A stretch of 64,000 bases of DNA from Candidatus Poribacteria bacterium. GTDB lineage: Bacteria; Poribacteria; WGA-4E; UBA9662. Positions 20,823-30,500 of the stretch are shown in pieces. Numbering within the stretch: position 1 is the stretch's first letter; each line of letters opens with the position of its first letter. Position numbers and translations under genes: made by a program. A model generated the notes under the pieces. The model had not been told where the DNA came from and ran no database searches. It saw nothing but the letters and a program-made list of their open reading frames with translations. The stretch is taken from positions 32,001 through 96,000 of the forward strand of contig JAYGDX010000063.1 in the NCBI GenBank assembly GCA_046582655.1, given 5' to 3'.

Positions 20823-22043
20823 ATGTCAATCCGAAGCCGCGTCTCACCTCGTTTTTTCATCAAGGAGCTTGCGAATGCAACATCTACTGAGTGGCATACA
20901 TCGTACATCATGGCCCGGTACCAAATGTCTAAGGAGACTTTCAGTTTCCGACACCCGTTAGGAGCCAAGCATGGACGTGGAGATGGCGTACAGCTTGTCA
21001 GCCTTCGAATCACTGATATGTGCAACTTGCGTTGTCATTCTTGTGGTCAATGGGGAGATAATGGCTATTTAATCGACCAAGATTTAAAAGAATTGAAGCA
21101 ACGAGAAGTACCGATCCAATATTATAAGCATCTGGTCGATCAGATTTTGGATCTTGGCTGGTCTCCAGTCTGGTACATCTGGGGAGGAGAACCGATGATG
21201 TACCCTGACATTATTGATTTGCTATATTATATCCATGACCGCGGCATGCCAATTTCGATCGTGTCGAACGGAACGCGAATTGCTAAATATGCCAAGGATA
21301 TTGCAGAAACATGTGAAATCCTGTATCTGAGCGTTGATGGATCAAATGCTGAAATTCACGATAATCAGCGTCCAGCAGTCTCAGCAAGATATAGTAATTT
21401 TCAAGATGTTGAAGCGGCACTTCAAAAAGTAAGAGAAGAAAAAAATAAAAATAATTCGCCTTTCCCGTACATTATCCCACTGAGTTGTATTACAGCCTAT
21501 AACATAAATGATGTGGTTGACCTATACAAGTTCACCAGCCAGTATGCTGATGCCCAAATCCTTTATCTTACGTGGTGGATTGATCAAAAATCCGCAATAG
21601 AGCACTCGGATGACTTTGAGCGCCGTTTTGGTAAAAAGCCGCAAACTCACTATGGCTGGATTGGAGAATGGAACCAGTTTGATCACGGCATCATTCTTGA
21701 AAAATACCATGAGATGATACGTATCTCGCAACAGAGAAATACTTGCCCACCGATGATGATGCCGGAACTCCATACAAAAGAAGAAATTAATACATACTAC
21801 ACAGACCATTCTGAAACCTTTGGTTACAATCAATGCGTTTCTATCTACATGACAATGGAAATTGACAGTAACGGTGACGTAAGTCTTTGCCGAGATTACC
21901 ATGACTATATTATCGGCAATATTCAAAGAGATCCAGTAGCTGAGATGTGGAACAACGAGGCAGCTATTCGTTTCCGGAAGTCAATTAGTACTGAAGGTCT
22001 CATGCCTGTCTGCCGACGCTGTTGTGGATTAATGGGTTATTAG
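20823..22043 (+). CDS. Radical SAM protein with a C-terminal SPASM/twitch domain
   Basis: CNLRCHSC motif, WGGEP, SNG, SVDG; C-terminal C...IDSNGDVSLC...IGNI...WN...CRRCC. Confidence 0.9.
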   Translation: MSIRSRVSPRFFIKELANATSTEWHTSYIMARYQMSKETFSFRHPLGAKHGRGDGVQLVSLRITDMCNLRCHSCGQWGDNGYLIDQDLKELKQREVPIQYYKHLVDQILDLGWSPVWYIWGGEPMMYPDIIDLLYYIHDRGMPISIVSNGTRIAKYAKDIAETCEILYLSVDGSNAEIHDNQRPAVSARYSNFQDVEAALQKVREEKNKNNSPFPYIIPLSCITAYNINDVVDLYKFTSQYADAQILYLTWWIDQKSAIEHSDDFERRFGKKPQTHYGWIGEWNQFDHGIILEKYHEMIRISQQRNTCPPMMMPELHTKEEINTYYTDHSETFGYNQCVSIYMTMEIDSNGDVSLCRDYHDYIIGNIQRDPVAEMWNNEAAIRFRKSISTEGLMPVCRRCCGLMGY

Positions 22044-22060
22044 ACAAAATCCGAATTGAA

Positions 22061-23530
22061 ATGCCTCTCATTCTAACAATTAATGCTGATAACTTATCCC
22101 TCAGGTATCAGTGTTTTGAGATGGTGGGCGAGGTTTGCCTTGCCAAAGGGAAATTTGATCGCCTTAATAATTCAATTCCGGAATTGATCTATGAGCGGCA
22201 TGATGGAGACAGCTATCAGTTAGAAGTTCCTCAAGTGACCTACGACAACGTCTTTTCATTTATTCCGGCAACTCTGCTCGATAAAGAACATGGTATTATT
22301 GATGATATATCAGTAATTGCTGCCGTTGGACATTGCGTCGTTCATGGTGGGGTTCATTTTGCTGAATCGCAACTCATTACGCCACTGACAGAGGGATTGA
22401 TTGAACAAAACAATCATCTTGCCCCACTGCATAACCCCTTCAATTTAAAAGGGATTCGGTCATGTCGCAAAATTATGCCAGACACACCGCAAGTAGCTGT
22501 TTTTGATACAGCTTTCCATCAATCAATCCCTGATTATGCTCAGGTCTATCCTATTCCATACGAATTTTACATGGAGCATGATATTCGTCGTTATGGATTT
22601 CACGGAATATCTCATCGTTACGTGTCACATCGCGCCGCTAAAATGTTAGGACGTTCTCTCTCTAATCTTAAGCTCATCTCCTGTCACCTTGGAAATGGGT
22701 GTAGCGTTACAGCGATTGATGGCGGCCGATCTGTTGATACTAGTATGGGATTTACGCCGCTTGAAGGATTGATGATGGGTACCTGTAGTGGAGATATTGA
22801 TCCAGCCATTATCTTCCATTTGGTTAGAAAACACGGTATGTCAATCGGCGATATTGAAGAGTTGCTAACTAAAAATAGCGGCTTACTTGGTATTTCAGGT
22901 GTCGAATTAGATATTAGGGAACTTCTTAACACGACCATAATGGATAACGAGCGTATACTGCTTGCCTTAAAAATGTTCTGCTATCGTGTTAGCCAATACA
23001 TTGGTAAATACGTCGCCTCACTTGGTGGACTTGACGCTCTCATCTTTACAGGTGAGATTGGAGGAAACATGGCGCGAATTCGGTCGAAAATCTGTGAAAA
23101 ACTTGGCTTTTTAGGTATCGAAATTGATCCGAATAAAAATAGTAATCGGGTATGCGAAAAAGAAATTAACCGTGACAACGCAACGGTTCAAACACTCCTC
23201 ATCCCAACGAATGAGGAACTGATGATTGCACGGGATACACTTGATCTTGTCCAACAACCACCAGAACAGATTGATCAAATTACGCGATTTTCACGCTTGG
23301 TGAAAATGGCTGAAAAGCGTGACGAACAACCTGTATCCGTGCAGTTACTTGATCAACCCAACCAGAAAGACAATGTCGAACCACATCCTCAGAATTCAAA
23401 GCTTCAGCAACCATTAGCATTAGTTGATGGGCAAGGCACGATTGAACATCCAGAGCTAAAAGGAACCACGGACACCGAGCCACCAGTCGCACCGAGCGCA
23501 TGGTTGTCGGTCTACAATGAAAAGAAGTAA
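22061..23530 (+). CDS. ackA: Acetate kinase homologue with substituted catalytic residues and a ~90-aa C-terminal extension
   Basis: LAPLHNP, VAVFDTAFH, RRYGFHGISH, CHLGNG, DTSMGFTPLEGL and PTNEELMIA present. Start taken at ATG 22061 (ORF track gives 22022). Confidence 0.85.
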   Translation: MPLILTINADNLSLRYQCFEMVGEVCLAKGKFDRLNNSIPELIYERHDGDSYQLEVPQVTYDNVFSFIPATLLDKEHGIIDDISVIAAVGHCVVHGGVHFAESQLITPLTEGLIEQNNHLAPLHNPFNLKGIRSCRKIMPDTPQVAVFDTAFHQSIPDYAQVYPIPYEFYMEHDIRRYGFHGISHRYVSHRAAKMLGRSLSNLKLISCHLGNGCSVTAIDGGRSVDTSMGFTPLEGLMMGTCSGDIDPAIIFHLVRKHGMSIGDIEELLTKNSGLLGISGVELDIRELLNTTIMDNERILLALKMFCYRVSQYIGKYVASLGGLDALIFTGEIGGNMARIRSKICEKLGFLGIEIDPNKNSNRVCEKEINRDNATVQTLLIPTNEELMIARDTLDLVQQPPEQIDQITRFSRLVKMAEKRDEQPVSVQLLDQPNQKDNVEPHPQNSKLQQPLALVDGQGTIEHPELKGTTDTEPPVAPSAWLSVYNEKK

Positions 23531-26216
23531 GCTTTTTGACAAACTACCTATTTGGATTGAAAGGGAACTTCTTGTCTTTTCCCTTTTCTTCATATGTATC
23601 CTCGTTCCACCAACCAACCAAACACACGCCCAGATTACTGACATTGAATATCTCATCGACCGGCTTGATGCAAATGAAATATTTACCCGACAAGCAGCAA
23701 TAGATAAATTGGCTGAAATTGGCGAGCCAGCGTTCCCTTACCTTGCATCTATTCTCAAGCGGGGCAAGCCCGTCGCCAGAAGTTCCGCAATTCGTGTATT
23801 GAGCAAAATTGGACATTCTGCCATTCCAATTCTCTCAATCGCGGTCAAAGATCCAACACTCCAGGAACAGAAAGATCCAGTACTCGGCGTGCGGAAAGAT
23901 CCAGTACCCGACACACAGAAAGAAGCGATTGAGAGTCTCAGAGATTTCGGTTTTCCCGTTCTAATTGTTCCCCTTTTGACGCATGGAAACTCAAATGTTC
24001 GACGAGATCTTGCCTATGCCTTAGGTGAAATGGCAAAATCAGTCTCTGCCCGTGATGACAATGATTTTCGTGAGGTGGTTCCTGCGCTGGTGCAGGCATT
24101 GGACGATCAAAATAGGGAAGTCCAACTTCACGCAATTAATGCCCTCGGAAAAATGAAGGGTTTTGCGCGCACCTACAAGGACACTTTGCAAAAAATGTTC
24201 AGCAAATTCCAATTTAGCATTGCCCATCGATTCAGAGATGAATTGGAAGAGGGCAACGATTTTATACTTCCTTTTTCGATGCCACTGGATTTGAGGTCTG
24301 AACTTGATCTGGGTGTTACCATCCCACCAGAACTCCTTGAGCAATTTACATTATCGGGTATTCCAATCTCAGATAAAGTAACCCTTGCAACGCAAAAAAA
24401 GCATAAAAGTTGGATTATCAGCGATGATGGGAATAAGCAGATTTACACCTTGAAACGCACTAACGAGGATATCGATGTTCATCGTACTAGTATTTCCAGA
24501 AACTTACAACTCGCACTGGAGGAAAAGGGACTTTACGTATCCAGAAAAGCTAGAATTGATCAGGTAACGCCAAAACGTACTTGGTTGCTGATTGATCGAA
24601 ATCAGATATATACGGTTGAATATAACCCACCACGAATTGATTTTTCGCTGAACCATGAAGATCCAGAAATACGAACCGCGATTGTCGAAGCGATGGTGCA
24701 GATCCTAGCCCCATCTGAGATTGGGGAGTACCTGATAAAAATGCTGGATGATCCCAATCGATCTGTGAGTGGCGCGGCTGCCAGAGCGATGTCGAAAGTC
24801 AGCGGTAAAGGAGAAGAGAAACTCGTCAAAGAACTTATTGATCGTCTCCGTTCAAAAGTGTCCAGATCTCAGTTTTATGCAGCTGTCGCGCTTGGCAAAA
24901 TAAAAGCTTATAGTGCAACTGGTGAACTATTAAAGATGCTCAAAGATGACAACCATGCTAACGATGCTATAGCCGCAGATGTTCTGGGGCAGATTCTGGA
25001 TCAAGATCCGCAAATACCAGCAATTTTGCCTAAGGGTGATAATGACCAGAACTTGGCAAATGAACCAGATCACAAGAAAATCGTAGAAGCATTGGTAGAA
25101 ACACTTAAACACGAAAATTTCATTGTCCGACTGAGTGTGGTTGAAACCCTAGGCAAAATTGGAAAATCAGCAAAGAGTAAGGATAGACTACTTCTCACAA
25201 AGAATCTGATTGGATTACTCAGTGACAGCAATCTACAGGTTCGTCAGAAAACAGCACTGGCTTTAGGTAAGATTAAAGAACCTGCTGAGTTGATCGTATC
25301 GCAATTGACGGTTAGTGTCTTGAAAGATTATGATGTTCGTACCGCTGCTATCACGGCACTTGGTGAAATCGGTCAGGAAGCTGAAAGAGCCATGCCAACC
25401 GTAAAAGAGGCACTGAATGATTCATCCGGAGAAGTCAGAGCAAGCGCTGTCCGGGCGATCGTAAAGATTTCACAACAAAACAAGGAGGATGATGTTCTGA
25501 ATCAAGTCAGACGTATTCTAGATCAAGACATCAACGAAGATGTCAAAGCAGCGGCAGCCCTGGCATTAGCTGATTTTCATAGTCTCAGCGTTAAAACTAT
25601 AGATCAAATCAAAGCTGACAAAATCTTATCAGCTTTGGTGCGTTCCCTAGGAGATCCCAGCCAGAAAGTACAAGTGAACACCATAGAGGCCCTTAAGAGG
25701 ATAGGTTCTGCTGCAGCTCCCACATTACTTGACGCGCAAAAAAGCACCAACCACAGAATTGTCAGAAATACCGCTATTGTTTTAGCCGATATTGGCACCC
25801 AACATTCAGCGAAATGGGGAACACGAGTCCTTCAATTACTTTTTAAATTATCCAAGGATAAGGAAGCCGATTATCATCGTAAGATAATTGATCTGTTAAA
25901 AGGCTTTGACAAACTCGCAAAGTTAAATTTCTTAAAAGAAAAGTTGAATGACGAGATTATCGATGATCAAATCCATTCAGTATATCTTCTTGGTGAAATA
26001 AAGGAACCACCTAATGAAATTATTCTAATATTAATTGAGACATTAGAGAGCTCCGACCCACATTCAACAGAGGAATTCAAAGTTTTTGTGGAAGCACATC
26101 GAGCACTGCTAAACTTCAGGATATCGAAGGCTAACGAGGCTTTGATCAAAGAACGAGTCAGGGCATGGCGAAAACGGAAAACCCAGAGGCAACAGAAAAC
26201 ATCAGAAGTACCTTAA
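23517..26216 (+). CDS. Exported or membrane-anchored HEAT-repeat protein
   Basis: N-terminal hydrophobic segment; many PBS/HEAT-type units (L.D....VR..A..ALG.I). Confidence 0.88.
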   Translation: MKRSKLFDKLPIWIERELLVFSLFFICILVPPTNQTHAQITDIEYLIDRLDANEIFTRQAAIDKLAEIGEPAFPYLASILKRGKPVARSSAIRVLSKIGHSAIPILSIAVKDPTLQEQKDPVLGVRKDPVPDTQKEAIESLRDFGFPVLIVPLLTHGNSNVRRDLAYALGEMAKSVSARDDNDFREVVPALVQALDDQNREVQLHAINALGKMKGFARTYKDTLQKMFSKFQFSIAHRFRDELEEGNDFILPFSMPLDLRSELDLGVTIPPELLEQFTLSGIPISDKVTLATQKKHKSWIISDDGNKQIYTLKRTNEDIDVHRTSISRNLQLALEEKGLYVSRKARIDQVTPKRTWLLIDRNQIYTVEYNPPRIDFSLNHEDPEIRTAIVEAMVQILAPSEIGEYLIKMLDDPNRSVSGAAARAMSKVSGKGEEKLVKELIDRLRSKVSRSQFYAAVALGKIKAYSATGELLKMLKDDNHANDAIAADVLGQILDQDPQIPAILPKGDNDQNLANEPDHKKIVEALVETLKHENFIVRLSVVETLGKIGKSAKSKDRLLLTKNLIGLLSDSNLQVRQKTALALGKIKEPAELIVSQLTVSVLKDYDVRTAAITALGEIGQEAERAMPTVKEALNDSSGEVRASAVRAIVKISQQNKEDDVLNQVRRILDQDINEDVKAAAALALADFHSLSVKTIDQIKADKILSALVRSLGDPSQKVQVNTIEALKRIGSAAAPTLLDAQKSTNHRIVRNTAIVLADIGTQHSAKWGTRVLQLLFKLSKDKEADYHRKIIDLLKGFDKLAKLNFLKEKLNDEIIDDQIHSVYLLGEIKEPPNEIILILIETLESSDPHSTEEFKVFVEAHRALLNFRISKANEALIKERVRAWRKRKTQRQQKTSEVP
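23847..23923 (+). repeat. Degenerate 24-bp in-frame tandem repeat (3 copies plus a partial)
   Basis: AAAGATCCA recurs at 23847, 23871 and 23895, and AAAGA at 23919; encodes KDPTLQEQ KDPVLGVR KDPVPDTQ. Confidence 0.8.
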
Positions 26217-26217
26217 A

Positions 26218-27513
26218 ATGTATACAAAAATTACAGTTGGGTTTCTAGTTTTGCTGATTTTCAGCCCGCTTCTGCCTGCTCAATGGATTCTTGTACCGAT
26301 GGACGAATCACAGACAAATCACCTCAAGGCATACGGGCTTACCTACTGGACCCTTGAAACTCCACGCGAATACAGTGTGAAATGGCTACTGAACTATCGT
26401 GGTGGTGCATTTTTGTTGGTAGATACACCAGACATTCGAAAGCAATCATACGAAATGGGGGTAAATTTCGAGTCATTATCCAATATTGATTACGCGACAA
26501 TACAGACTGAAATCGAGAACAGCAACATGGATGAGATCTTGCTTGAGAAAGCCCCAAAGGTTGCTGTTTATCGCCCTCATGACAACAGCCCTTATCGGGA
26601 TCCTTGGGATGATGCAGTTAAAATCGCCATGGATTACGCGGACATACCCTATGATACTGTTTGGGATGAGGAGATCATAGAAGGTGTGTTGTTTGCAAAG
26701 GAATACGACTGGTTACACCTTCATCATGAGGACTTTACAGGCCAATACGGCAAGTTCTACGCCTCTTTTCGAGATCAGGTATGGTATCAACAACGTGTGC
26801 GGATGTACCAAGATGTTGCTCAAAAATCGGGGTTCAACAGTGTCGCTCGACACAAAGGTCATATTGCCAAACTCATTCGAGATTATGTCGTGAGGGGAGG
26901 ATTTTTATTTGCAATGTGTTCAGCACCTGAAACACTTGATATTGCTTTGGCGGCTGATAGTGGTCGAATTGACATCGTCGCGCCTGAGATCGATGGTACA
27001 CCAGTTAAAGCCAACTATCAATCAAAACTCAAATTCGATCAAACATTCACCTTCAAAGATTTTAAACTTTATCCTAATCCGAATCGATACGAGTTTTCAA
27101 ATATCGATAACCCACAGCCAGAGCTTAATCCGCTCTCTGGGGTTGAGGATTTTATACTCTTCGAATTTGCCGCTAAACACGACCCCATTCCAACAATGCT
27201 GACGCAGAATCACAAAGCCCGGATTTCCGGTTACCTCGGTCAAACAACGTCATTCAATAAGAACACCATCCATCAGTCCACAACCATTCTTGCAGAAATC
27301 GAGGGTACTGAGTATGCCAAGTATATTCATGGAAATTTGGGCAAAGGCACCTTCACCTTCCTAGCTGGGCATGATCCAGAAGATTATCGGCACCTGGTCG
27401 GTGAAGGACGGATTCCTACCAATCTTAACCTCCATAAACATTCGTCGGGATACCGGTTGATTTTAAATAATATTTTATTTCCAGCCGCCAAAAAGAAACC
27501 GCAAAAGACGTAA
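26218..27513 (+). CDS. Secreted conserved protein of the Bacteroidota-type family often mislabelled 'asparagine synthetase B'
   Basis: Signal peptide; ILVPMD..QTNHLKAYG, WLLNYRGG, PWDDAV, DWLHLHHEDFTGQYGKFY, GGFLFAMCSA, GHDPEDYRH, SGYRLILNNILFPAAKKK. Confidence 0.75.
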   Translation: MYTKITVGFLVLLIFSPLLPAQWILVPMDESQTNHLKAYGLTYWTLETPREYSVKWLLNYRGGAFLLVDTPDIRKQSYEMGVNFESLSNIDYATIQTEIENSNMDEILLEKAPKVAVYRPHDNSPYRDPWDDAVKIAMDYADIPYDTVWDEEIIEGVLFAKEYDWLHLHHEDFTGQYGKFYASFRDQVWYQQRVRMYQDVAQKSGFNSVARHKGHIAKLIRDYVVRGGFLFAMCSAPETLDIALAADSGRIDIVAPEIDGTPVKANYQSKLKFDQTFTFKDFKLYPNPNRYEFSNIDNPQPELNPLSGVEDFILFEFAAKHDPIPTMLTQNHKARISGYLGQTTSFNKNTIHQSTTILAEIEGTEYAKYIHGNLGKGTFTFLAGHDPEDYRHLVGEGRIPTNLNLHKHSSGYRLILNNILFPAAKKKPQKT

Positions 27514-30500
27514 TGATTGGGCATAAACCGAACCTATTGGCTTTTACGCTTTTCATTGTTTTTTTTTGCAATTCCATAGCCAAATCGGAATTGATAATAA
27601 CTGTCCTTGATCAAACCGGAAGACCAATTTTTCCAGTTCGAGTTCAAATCTTTCCTAATGAGCTCAATCCGGATAATGAAGTTGAACCTATTTCCCCACC
27701 AAGCCCACGCGCTGATGGACTCATTGGCTTTGTCACAGATTCAAATGGCAGGGTGAAAGCCGATCTGACGAATGGCAATTATAGTATTGTTGCATCACCT
27801 GACCTTGATTCTGGAAATATCCGCCAAAGTTTTTTAATCATAAAGAATGTTTCAGCACCAGGAAAAGCAACGCTTTTCACTAACCAGGCGGTACCAGTAA
27901 CCGTTTCAGCAATTGGTAAAGACCCGTATGTAGGTTCCCTAGGGCCGCTTATTGCTGCCCGTGTTTACTTTAGAGCTAGCAAACGCGCAGTTGGATATGT
28001 TGGCACTTTAAATAACGATGGTCAGTTGCTAACCTCAATTTCACCAGGGAACTACCATATTGTGATAAAGGGATCGATTGCTTTACATTACGTTGTACTA
28101 CAGAACAAGCAGATCTCAGAGATACAGAATACAGTTACTTTTGATGGTTCACAAACGCCAACTGCTAGCCTTGCGTTTAAACTCCCTGAAAATACTGTGC
28201 TGGTTCTAAACGAGGTACTGTCAACAAATGTCTCTCACGAGTTCATCGACATCATTGAGAATCAGATTGGCTATGATGCTGCTTACACTGATTCCTTCTC
28301 TCTTGCTTTTAGCGACTCTTCCCCTACACTACAACTCATTCCTGATTTAATTTATCAGTTCAACCTGAGTTATATTATTGATTTTAATGGAGAACTTTAT
28401 GCCTATGAACTTCGGGTTAATGATTTTCAGATTGATCACCCTCGAACCTATACACTTGGTAATTCTGGTAATTCACCATTTAAGTTGCAATCATCGACAC
28501 CTTCTCAGACCTATCATCCAGGTGATGAGGTACAGGTTGAGTTCGACATTCGAGACACCCTTGGCAATCAGCTATGGCGTGTGTTTAACTATTCAGGTGC
28601 GCGACTCGTTTTTCCTTTCGTGGTTGTGCAAGATCCAAACGGAATTGTCATTGCTAGCAATCAGATAACTAACGAGCTACCAGAAGATTTTTTTTATTTT
28701 GATTTCCTTCTCCCTCTGACAACCCAACCCGGTGTGTATCGTGTAGATGTGAGTTTGGATGGAAAACTTTATGGCAAGATGAACGACTATTTTCACTTCA
28801 GCGTAATTCCAAAAATCACATCAAATCCGCCGATTATTTCCGATGTTAGTGCTCCAACTGAAATCCAATCGAATGGCACTATCCAAATCGCCGCTGACAT
28901 TCAGGGCTCAAGCTTTAACAATATTTCACTCAAGTTATCCAACCGATTTGGTAAGACGGATTTCTTACCCACTGGTGCCCATAAAGATCGATATTCATGG
29001 CAAATCGATCCGATTACCTATCAAAGCTATGGTGAAAGCATTAATTGGCAAATTGCAGCTATTAATTCACATGGCCTGCAATCTAAAAAAAATGGTCAAA
29101 TTACTGTAGTCCAAGCTGATCCGCTGATAATTTCACCCTCTTTGTCTGGAGACAAAATTCAGCTTTCAATTGATGAGAAACAAGTTGATCCGGTGTTAAT
29201 TCCTGTAGGTTCCGTACAGGAATTCTATATTGACGGTAAAAACCCAATTTGGAATGTCAGTAGCGGCATTGGCACAATAGATCAGGACGGGAAATTTTAT
29301 TCACATACGGAAGCTGAACGATTCGGACAGGTGTCAGCAACGTTGCTTGTTTCATCTAACGAACTTGGCCGGCTTGTCCAAGCTTCAATAAATATCAAAC
29401 TAGTTCCTACTGGCGCCAGTCAATTGTCAATAAATCCACATCCGAAAATTGTGCTTGTTGCAGGTGATAAAAGAGAATTTCAAGTAACCTCTGCCGATGT
29501 CTTTGGCAACAAAATCAAGATGTTGATAAACCGAATTCATTGGCACGTTGATGGTAATATCGGTGAGGTAACCAATAATATACTCTTTGCTCAGAAAATC
29601 GGGAACGGACGGGTCACTGCCATTTATGAGAATTTGACAGCTTCGATAGGGATCGAGGTCGTTGTTGGAGATTTAAAGTCAATTGAAATCTTACCAGAAA
29701 CTATTAAACTGCGCGCGGGCGAAGTTCAAAAGTTGAAGGCGACCGCCAAAGATATGCGAGGAAATCAGGTTGAAGTTAATCCAATATGGTCAGTTGATGG
29801 CGGATTAGGAATTATTCGCAATAATACTTTCATCGCAAAAAATGCGGGTGAAGGAAAAATTTCGGCTACAATTTTCAATCTGATGGTAGCGATTCGAGCC
29901 ATAGTCATACCAAATAATCTGCATAATATCACAATCGATCCGTTCATCTCTTACCTGCCGGTATCGAACGATAAAATGACATATACTTATAAGTTTGTGG
30001 CACAAGGCTGGGATGTCGCGGGAAACCCGGTATCAATTCAAAATAACAGATGGGTTGTTGACACAGCAGCTGGCGTCATTAACCCCGATGGGCTGATGAC
30101 ATCAATTAACCAAGCTAATTCCCAGACTCTTGGCCATATCGTAATCAACGGTACCATATGGTCTTACGGCCAAACGATAAATGGACAAGAGGCGGCAGCC
30201 GGTAAAGGCGTTGTTGTTATACAAAGTAGTGTTCCCGGCCCAGCACAGAGCTTAGCTATTACACTAAATAATTTTGATCAAATCATAGGACGCTATACTA
30301 TTGCCGTTGGTAAATCTCAAAATTTTGAAGCTATCGGTCTCGATCGGAAGAATCAGCGGACGCAGATTCTTCCGAGATGGTCAGTAAACGGTGACATAGG
30401 TATCATCAATCCCAGTGGTAACTTCACCGCCACACGTCTTGGAATAGGAACTATCATCGCTACAAACGTCGGTCTTACAACTCAGGTCCAGGTTAAGGTA

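Noticed and set aside
20823..22043. RiPP cluster around the radical SAM/SPASM gene
   Set aside because: No convincing precursor peptide, RRE/PqqD domain, peptidase or peptide exporter nearby.
23847..23923. 24-bp periodic repeat as a possible mini CRISPR array
   Set aside because: The constant part is only 9 bp, the period is a multiple of three and in frame within a CDS, and no cas genes are present.
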